NCBI RefSeq assembly: GCF_004010195.1
Contig: NC_057750.1
Location: 17,028,726-17,073,223 of the forward strand
Direction: 5' to 3'
Origin: Chiloscyllium plagiosum
Lineage: Eukaryota
DNA length: 44,498 bases
Below are positions 37,201 to 44,498 of the stretch, piece after piece. The position numbers were made by a program, and so were the translations under genes. Position 1 is the first letter of the stretch. The number at the start of each line of letters is the position of its first letter. Under the pieces are notes generated by a model. The model saw only the letters and a list, made by a program, of their open reading frames with translations. It did no database searches and had not been told where the DNA came from.

Positions 37201-38050
37201 ATTTCTCCATTACTCCTAACACCACTTTTTAATCAGACTCTCCAAACTCACTGCTCTTCTTACCACGACTTCCACATATTACTGCCTTTTCTGGTAATAG
37301 TCCTTCTGAATTACCCATATCTTTCACCAAAGACTGACTTGCTCCTGTATCTCAAAATTTTAATTTCTTTAAAGAATTTACTTGCGAGAGCAGGTAAAGA
37401 GGTCTGGCACATTTTTCTCAACCAAGTTTTTTTCAACCAACCCCTGATCAGGTTGTACATTCTGGTGCAGATTTTTAGCTTCCCCTACGCCTTCATTTAC
37501 CACTTCAATAAAAGTCGCTGGCTGATCCTGTTTTCTCACATCAGTCTTCCCCTTGCATTTTCTAAACAACTTCATGTGGCCTACTTTATTGCAGTGAAAA
37601 CACCTAAGTTTTTTTATTTTTCCTTTCTCTTCATGGAAAACTATTTTCTTTGAGAGCTTTCCCCTCTTACCACCTGAGCATTTCTCTTTCCCCAATTTCT
37701 ATCCCTCATCTGCTTCCCCTGCAGTTTTCACACTCTACTGTTCCACGAGTTCTCACTATTTCTGAACTCCAAAATAATTATCTTTTAATAAAAAAAAGTA
37801 TCATAGATATGATCTATTTTCAATGTCCTTATCCACCTATCAAACTAACTTTGTGTGATCCTTTCAAACTCATTGGATGTTTGACAAGATCCCTCCTCGG
37901 ATTCCTGAAACGTTCTGTAGCACTCTGGTACCAGCTCATATGCACTTTAGATGGCATTTTTCATCTTGTTATACTCCCTAGATATCTCTCCGATAGCAAC
38001 ACAGATACCTTACTAGCTCTAACTACCAACTTTGTTTGGATTAACAATGT
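34230..38050 (-). mobile_element. Gmr1-like Ty3/Gypsy LTR retrotransposon remnant (gag-PR-IN-RT-RH)
   Basis: gag knuckle CFHCNKVGH (~37580); IN HLG..KT (~36650), HNPELQGALEQWHQTLKTM (~36200), FELVLGHEVRGPL; RT GYWQ and AFVTPNGLY (~35100); RNase H KPFKVAIDA (~34570). Highly decayed. Confidence 0.85.
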
Positions 38051-38733
38051 CCAGAGTCAGAGTCCAATAGCATGGAGGCAGGCTCTTTGGCCCAAATTGG
38101 TCCATAACAATCAAAATGTCCATCCACACTAAACCCATTTCCCTGTGCTTGGCACATATCCTTCTAAACCTTTCCTATCCATGTACTGTCCAAATGCCTT
38201 TTAAATGTTAATTTACCTGCCTCAACCACCTGGCTTTCACTGGCAGTTTATTTCACGCGTTAACCATCCAGTGTAAAAAACGCTAACCTTCAGGTTTTCC
38301 TTTATTCTTCTGTCTCTTACCTTAACCTAATGCCCTCTAGTCCTTAATTCCCCAACCATGGGAAAAAGACTGAAAACATTCACAGTCTTCATTGCCTCTC
38401 ATGATCTTACAGATTTCTAAAGAATCTCTCCTGACCACCCCCCACCCCCCAAGTCTCCTATGTTCTAAAGGAAAAGGTCCTAACTTGTCCAATCTCTCCC
38501 CGTAACTCAGTTCTTGGAGTCCTGGCAACATCCTCGTAAGTTTCTTCTGCACTCTTACCAGATTAATAACATCTTTCCTATAGCAAGGTGACCAACACTG
38601 AATACAATACTCCAAGTGCGGTCTCACCAACGTACTGAACAACTACAACATAACTTCCCAAGTTCTATTCTCAGTACCCTGACTGGTGAAGAGCAGTGTG
38701 CCAAAAGCGTTCTTCACTACCTTGTCTACCTGT

Positions 38734-39749
38734 AATGTGGAGCAGCCAGTGTTGGACTGGGGTGGGCAAAGTTAAAAATCACACCACACCAAGTTATAGT
38801 CCAACAGGTTCATTTGGAAGCACTAGCTTTCGGAGCACTGCTCCTTCATCAGGTGGTTGTGAAGAATAAGACCATAAGACACAGATTTAAAGCAAAATAT
38901 TACAGTGTCATGCAACTGAAATGATATATTGAACGAATCTGGATTTCAATTAAGTCTTTCATCTTTTAGAATGGGTTGCAGGTTTCAGTTCATTAACATG
39001 TAAGTCCCAGAACTACTTTTAAGTCACCTTTGAGATAACTTAAGGTTTTGTAAATAAAGATGACCTCTCAGCATTAAAGATGTGAGGTTAGTCTGTTTGA
39101 ATCCCAATCTTAAATCAGACTGGCTCTATTTCCAAATGGAATTTACAAAATATTACATGTATGGACTGCCTGCAGATAGTATTTTGTTCAAAAAATGCAC
39201 AATATATATTCGTGTCTAGGTCAATCTCATGTACAAGTCAGCCCTTTCAGCCGAAAATCTTGTATTTTCCACATAGTACATGTATTAGTCGACCCTAGTT
39301 CTTCACAGTTACAGATCAATATTTATGAGACAGTGTGCCTGGCCTTCAAATTCCACTCCGGCTTTGCAGTCTGCTAGCCGAATCGCTCCATTCAGAGTCT
39401 TCCAGTCTGCCAGCTGTCATACTCTGCTCCAGGTTTTCAGGATTACTGTAATGGTATGACAGGTTTCAGTTACCTACTGTTTACCATGGTCAGAACATAT
39501 TAGCAGGGAATGTTCCAGATCCAGGGACCAGAGAGCTGCTGGGAAGGTAAATTTCCCATTTTATCTATTTTGTGGATAAATATTCATTCCCTCGAAAATA
39601 ATATCTCGCGTACAAGTCAACCCCCTAGTATGATTAAAAAACCGTCTTTAAAATTTAACCTAAACATGATAGAATGTATTTGCAAATGTAATTTTAGTGC
39701 TTCCAAATAAACCTGTTGGACTATAACCTGGTATTGTCTGATTTGTAAC
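38734..39749. mobile_element. Non-autonomous Penelope-like element with inverted termini and hammerhead
   Basis: TSD tgt(c/t)tacctgt at 38723-38733 and 39750-39760. 38770-38825 is inverted at 39695-39750. Confidence 0.8.
38821..38855 (-). ncRNA. Minimal type I hammerhead ribozyme motif
   Basis: CAC-CUGAUGA-AGGAGC-AGU-GCUCC-GAAA-GC-UA-GUG: perfect core, 5-bp stem II, 3-bp stem I (CAC/GUG). Activity not demonstrated. Confidence 0.75.
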
Positions 39750-39984
39750 TGTTTACCTGTGGCTCCACTTTCAGAGAACCGAGCACCAGAACTCCAATAT
39801 CCCTCTGTTCCACTACACTCCTTAATTCTACCTCAATTTGACTTTCCAAAGTGCATAACCTTACACTTAATTATATTAAACTCCATTTACCATTTCTCGG
39901 CCCACTTCCCCAGTTGAACAAGGTCCTGCTGCAATTTCTGATAATGTTCCTTACTGTCCATGATACCACTAATTTTAGTGTCAG

Positions 39985-40180
39985 CCGCAGGAAAAAGAAA
40001 TGTAAAAAAAAAATTCGACGTTTCAGGCAAAAGCCCTTCATCAGGATTTCCTGTTCAAGGGCTTTTGCCCGAACCGACAATTTTCCTGCTCCTTGGAAGG
40101 TACCTAACCTGCTGTGCTTTTCTAGCACCACTCTAATCTGGATTCTAATCTCCAGCATCTGCAGTATTCACTTTCGCCTT
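39985..40180. mobile_element. Fold-back short Penelope-derived element
   Basis: Arms 40022-40046 and 40049-40073 around a 2-nt loop. Minus strand has CTGATGA-AGGGC-TTTT-GCCT-GAAA-CG-TC. Confidence 0.8.
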
Positions 40181-40341
40181 GCAAAACTTACTAATCACAC
40201 CTCGTACACGCTCATTGAAATCATTGATAATAAACAGCATGAGCCCTACACCGCCTCAATATATTAAGGTGGCAACCTGGACCCTAACTTTTTTTAATTT
40301 TAAAACGTTAAACACAAGGTACTGCATTCCAGATGCAATTC

Positions 40342-40685
40342 GGATAGCACAGTGGCTCAGCGGTTAGTACTGATAGTTCAACTCCAAGGACACATGTTTG
40401 ATTCCAGCCTCGGACAACTATCTGTGTGGTGTTGGCACGTTTTCTCCTCATGTGCATGTGGGAGTTCTCTGGGTATTTTGGTTTCCTCCCACTCTCCAAC
40501 AATGTTTAGTTTGGTGGATTGGCCATGGTAAGTTGCCCATAGTGACTAAAAAATTAGTGTGCAAAATTAGATGGATTAGCTTGGGAAATGCAGAATTAGA
40601 GGCATTGGGTAATGGGACAGGTCTGTGAAGGATGCTTTCTAGAGGTTTGCTGTGGATGTGATGGGCTGAATGGCCTGCACCCACA
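40342..40685 (+). mobile_element. Older HE1-like tRNA SINE
   Basis: gcacagtggctcagcggttag (A box), gtttgattcc (B box), ggtttcctccc and ggattggccatg core. Confidence 0.75.
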
Positions 40686-40929
40686 CTTATGGACCAGACC
40701 AGACCTCCTCAAAATATTTTAAGAAGGTAGCCTAAGGCCTAAAATTTTTCTTCTTTTAAAGGCAGATGTGAAATGGGTGTTCCAGGTAGGATGTAATTGG
40801 TTAAACCACTCAGCTTTAAGCAAAACAAATTATTTAAACACTCCAGTTGAAACACGAACAAAAAGAAAAGCAGAACAGATTATCTCCTGTTTGAAGCTTT
40901 CCGTTAACTGTACATTCAACTATCAGGTC

Positions 40930-42060
40930 TAAGAATGGGAGGGGAACGACAACAAACTCCCATTCCTAGACGTGACAGTTGACATACACAACTAACGGAG
41001 AGCTTCAAACCAGCATTTACAGAGAGAAAAAAAAGTCAACAAACGCAGACCAAATACTTTGCTTCAAAAGCAATCATCCCAACACCCACACAGAGCTGCA
41101 TCAAGACATTATTTCGATTAGCTACATCACACAGCAACACCCACGAACGCCAAAAAGTAGAAGAAAAATATCTGTACAAATGTTTTCAAGAAAAGCGGAT
41201 ACCCAATAAACACAATCCGCTGATTCCTTAGAAACAAACCCAAACAAGCAGACACAACACAACCAAAAACTATCGGCACATTACTTTGCAAAGGTGTATC
41301 AGAAATAATTTCCAGACTACTCAGACCCTTTGGCATCATGGTAACCACAAATCTACCTACAGACTTAAACAGCAACTAATGAACCAAAAGGATCCATTAG
41401 ACACTGCAGTAAAACTAATGTCATTTACAAGCTACCATGGAAGAACTGTAAAAAAACACTACATTGGACAAACAAGCAGGAAACTTGCCATCAGGATAAA
41501 TGAACACCAACTAGCTGCCAAAAGACACAACCCACCATCACTAGTTTCCAAACATATACACAAAGAAGGACACCATTTGACTGGGAGAAAGTGAGGACTG
41601 CAGATGCTGGAGATCAGAGCTTAAAAATGTGTTGCTGGAAAAGCGCAGCAGGTCACGCAGCATCCAAGGAACAGGAGACGATGTTTCGGGCATAAGCCCT
41701 TCTTCAGGAATCCATTCCTGAAGAAGGGCTTATGCCTGAAACGGCAACTCTCCTGTTCCTTGGATGCTGCCTGACCATTTGACTGGAACAACATACACAT
41801 CCTAGGACAGATGAAAAAAAGGCACATGGCTAATTCTTAGAGGCATGGCATTCTACCAAAACTCCATCAATAAGCATATCCATTTATACTCCATCTACCT
41901 TCCCTTGAAAAAAAACCCAGAAACGACACTCACCTTAAGAAAACAAAACCTCTAAATACCACCAGCACTTCACTGAAGACTCTCACTGAAGATGTTACCT
42001 AGCATGGTGATGAAACATCTGAAAACAAACCTTCCGGCACAGTGAGCTAACTTACATAAT
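40930..42060 (+). mobile_element. Penelope-like element 3' portion (RT thumb, GIY-YIG endonuclease, pLTR)
   Basis: LPFLDV..LQTSIYR..DQIL.F.SNHP and HYIGQTSRKLAIRINEHQ. pLTR carries CTGAAGA-TGTTACC-TAGCAT-GGTGAT-GAAA-CA-TC at ~41986-42019. Confidence 0.88.
41585..41773. mobile_element. Fold-back short Penelope-derived element with 13-bp TSD, nested in the Penelope ORF
   Basis: TSD accatttgactgg at 41572-41584 and 41774-41786. Palindrome centre ttcttcaggaat-cc-attcctgaagaa. Confidence 0.88.
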
Positions 42061-42185
42061 TAGCAAACTATTGCCCAAGTCCATCAGCATTGAAAATGGT
42101 TTCCAATTCAATGAGTCGCATAGGTCCTTCCCAAAAGGGCACCAACTTAGAAGTTTGTGCGAAGATTTATAGCTTGGGTGCTCGA

Positions 42186-42454
42186 TGTTGTGGTTCTGTT
42201 CACTGAGCTGGGAATTTGTGTTCAGACGTTTCATCCCCTGTCTCGGTGACATCCTCAGTGCTTGGGAGCCTCCTGTGAAGTGCTTCTGTGATCTTTCCTC
42301 CGGCATTTATAGTGGTAGTTCAAACCACTACAAATGCCGGAGGAAAGATCACAGAAGCGCTTCACAGGAGGCTCCCAAGCACTGAGGATGTCACCTAGAC
42401 AGGGCACAAAACGTCTGAACACAAATTCCCAGCTCGGTGAACAGAATCACAACA
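42186..42454. repeat. ~130-bp-arm near-perfect inverted repeat of a Penelope pLTR fragment
   Basis: Arms 42186-42316 and 42324-42454, loop agttcaa. Mirrored ORFs MPEERSQK..FTGGSQALRMSPRQG appear on both strands. Confidence 0.95.
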
Positions 42455-42958
42455 CCAACTTAGAAATTAATAGGTCAAAAATACCAGGAAAAAGAGGATG
42501 TTGGAGAAATTCAGCAAGTCTGGGGTAGTATCTATGAAGAAGGAAATAGTTAACGTTTCGAGGCGGTTCATAAGAACTAGCAGAATCGATCTAGGATGAG
42601 ATTCATCATTGCCCTCAGATTGTCATTGTGCGTTTGGACCACTACACTGTATTTCTGTGAGACCAGCCTTTTTGTTTGCCAATTAAAATGCTTTAAAAAG
42701 GTACTTTTTTTTGGCAATTATCCAATAATATATCGCGCGCGCACGAGGAGCTTCAAAGTCGTGAAAGCGAGTGGATACGCATTCATGAAGCTCACTTTTC
42801 TTCAAACACAACCCTAGCAACAGGTGGTCCTCGGGAATACCAACTCAAGCCAAATACAGACCGCTCCAAACACTCGGCAACTCCTTCACTACCTTATGTT
42901 ACAGAAGACATGCTTCACACGATATTGCGTCACAGAAATATTTTAAAGTCAACCATAC

Positions 42959-43105
42959 CTCTATCTTTGGAAAGATCAGTTGAATTAGACCTAACTTTCT
43001 CAGTATTTCCCCCCGCCCCACATCAAGAATAAACCTTCCTTCTTCGCTGACCCTCGCTATAACCAACGGGCGATAATATCACCAGAAAAGCGCGCCAACC
43101 GGAAG
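42959..43105 (-). other. ADAD2: Probable non-coding exon 1 (5' UTR) of the ADAD2-like gene; TSS approximate
   Basis: Donor GAG|GTATGG at 42959/42958, just downstream of the CpG/ETS cluster. The coding exon has an acceptor just before its ATG, so an upstream exon is required. Confidence 0.55.
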
Positions 43106-43275
43106 TAGAAACTTAATCCCACCTCCCCAGCCACATCTACCAATGAACGTGCTCTGGCTGAGTGACGCCAATCACGTGATTGCTGATTGACGTGCATCAC
43201 GTGCTTCCTGCAGCTGTCAATTTACAAGAGCCAACGGATTTAAAGGTACATTCCATTTGCTAACTCGGACGGGCT
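43060..43275 (-). promoter_or_regulatory. CpG-rich promoter with ETS, E-box, CRE half-sites, CCAAT and MYB-like sites
   Basis: ACCGGAAGT 43098-43106; palindrome CAATCACGTGATTG 43169-43182; TCACGTG 43197-43203; TGACG x2; CAACGG at 43064 and 43232. This is the only non-repeat CpG-retaining region I saw (~42730-43275). Confidence 0.7.
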
Positions 43276-43429
43276 TTGTTTGGGCATGGTACTAAAATAA
43301 AAGAGTTTTATTTGTTTTAGCATTGCTACGTGATATTATTTCTATTACTTGTCATATTTTGTAGGGGGTGTGTTTGATTTGTAGCTGGTGTGTGTCAGCA
43401 TTTGTTGGCCATTCTGAATGGCCTGATGA

Positions 43430-44498
43430 ACTGTGGTGTTTCCCTGGTGCCAGGATCAAGGATGTCTCAGAGAGGGTGCAGAATATTCTCACAGGGGGAG
43501 AAAGGCCAGCAAGAGGTCGTTGTCCACATTGGAACCAAAGCAGGGAAAAGGTTGAGATTCTGAAGGGACATTACAGAGAGTTAGGCAGGAATTTAAAAAG
43601 GAGGTCCTCAAGGGTAGTAATATCTGGATTACACCCAGTGCTACGAGCTAGTGAGGGCAGGAATAGGAGGATACAGCAGATGAACGTGGCACGGGGGTGG
43701 CACGGTGGCGCAGTGGTTAGCACTGCTGCCTCACAGCGCCAGAGACCCGGGTTCAATTCTGCCTCAGGCGACTCTCTGTGTGGAGTTTGCACATTCTCCC
43801 TGTATCTGCGTGGGTTTCCTCCAGGTGCTCCGGTTTTCTCCCACAGTCCAAAAATGTGCAGGTTAGGTGAATTGGCCATGCTAACTTGCCCGTAGTGTTA
43901 GGTGAAGGGGTAAATGTAGGGGAATGGGTCTGGGTGGGTTACGCACTGTGAGTAATCTAATCTAATCTAATGCATGGCTGAGGAGCTGGTGTTTGGGAGA
44001 AGGATTAACATTTTTGGATCATTGGAATCTCTTTTGGGGTAGAAGTGACCTGTACAAGAAGGACGGATTGCACCTAAATTGGAAGGGACTAATATACTGG
44101 CAGGGAAATTTGCTAGAACTGCTTGGGAGGATTTAAACTAGTAAGGTGGTGGGGTGTGACTCAGGGAGAGAGTGAGGAAAGAAATCAATTTGAGATGGGT
44201 ACAGTGAGAACAGAAGCAAGTCAAACAGTAAGGGCAGGCAGGGGCAAGGTAGGATTAATAAATTAAACTGCATTTATTTCAATGTAAGGGGCTGAACAGG
44301 GAAGACAGATGGACTCAGGACATGGTTAGGAACATGGGACTGGGATATCATAGCAATTACGGAAACATGGCTCAGGGAAGGGCAGGACTGGCAGCTTAAT
44401 GTTCCAGGATGCAAATGCTACAGGAAGGATAGAAAGGGAGGCAAGAGAGGAGGGGGAGTGGTGTTTTTGATAAGGGATAGCATTACAGCTGTGCTGAG
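43430..44498 (+). mobile_element. CR1/HER1 LINE (ORF1 esterase, start of ORF2 endonuclease), runs off the window
   Basis: CFPGARIKDVSERV, DGLHLNWKG, YFNVRGL..DIIAITETWL and RKDRKGGKRGGGV. Confidence 0.9.
43695..43970 (+). mobile_element. HE1-type tRNA SINE inserted in CR1 ORF1
   Basis: GGTGGCGCAGTGGTTAGC and GGGTTCAATTC boxes with (TAATC)n tail. CR1 ORF1 continues on both sides. Confidence 0.93.

Larger units (their letters stand above)
38052..40250 (-). mobile_element. CR1/HER1 LINE 3' part next to the Gypsy gag region, itself split by two insertions
   Basis: LVRPHLEYCIQCWSP (38337-38642). The CR1 sequence resumes after 39750 and after 40180. Confidence 0.88.

Noticed and set aside
40687..40880. 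Possible LTR fragment of the Gypsy element
   Set aside because: No matching second LTR or PBS/PPT could be identified by eye.
42052..42528. Two near-identical ORFs on opposite strands (MPEERSQK...)
   Set aside because: Artefact of the DNA palindrome.
43695..43770. tRNA gene
   Set aside because: A/B boxes belong to an HE1 SINE head, followed by SINE body and tail; no intact cloverleaf.

Overview
Vertebrate genomic DNA, almost certainly from a cartilaginous fish (shark), judged from HE1-type tRNA SINEs with (AGATT)n tails and abundant HER1/CR1 LINEs. The window covers the 5' part of a minus-strand, multi-exon ADAR-family germline gene, most likely ADAD2. It has a CpG/ETS/E-box promoter and probable non-coding exon 1 near 43 kb, an ATG exon at 33.5 kb, two dsRNA-binding-motif exons at 21.6 and 19.9 kb, and weaker candidate exons at 17.2, 16.4 and 8.6 kb. 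The introns are packed with nested retroelements: many CR1 LINEs (one near full length), a second LINE family with a tRNA-like head, a Gmr1-type Gypsy remnant (integrase before RT), a Penelope element and a Tigger-like MITE. The most unusual signal is a set of at least three families of short Penelope-derived elements carrying minimal hammerhead-ribozyme cores (CUGANGA-stem II-GAAA-NN-UH). Several are fold-back palindromes, several have target-site duplications, and some lie in the host gene's sense orientation. All calls were made by eye from the sequence and ORF track; no searches were run, and repeat boundaries are approximate.
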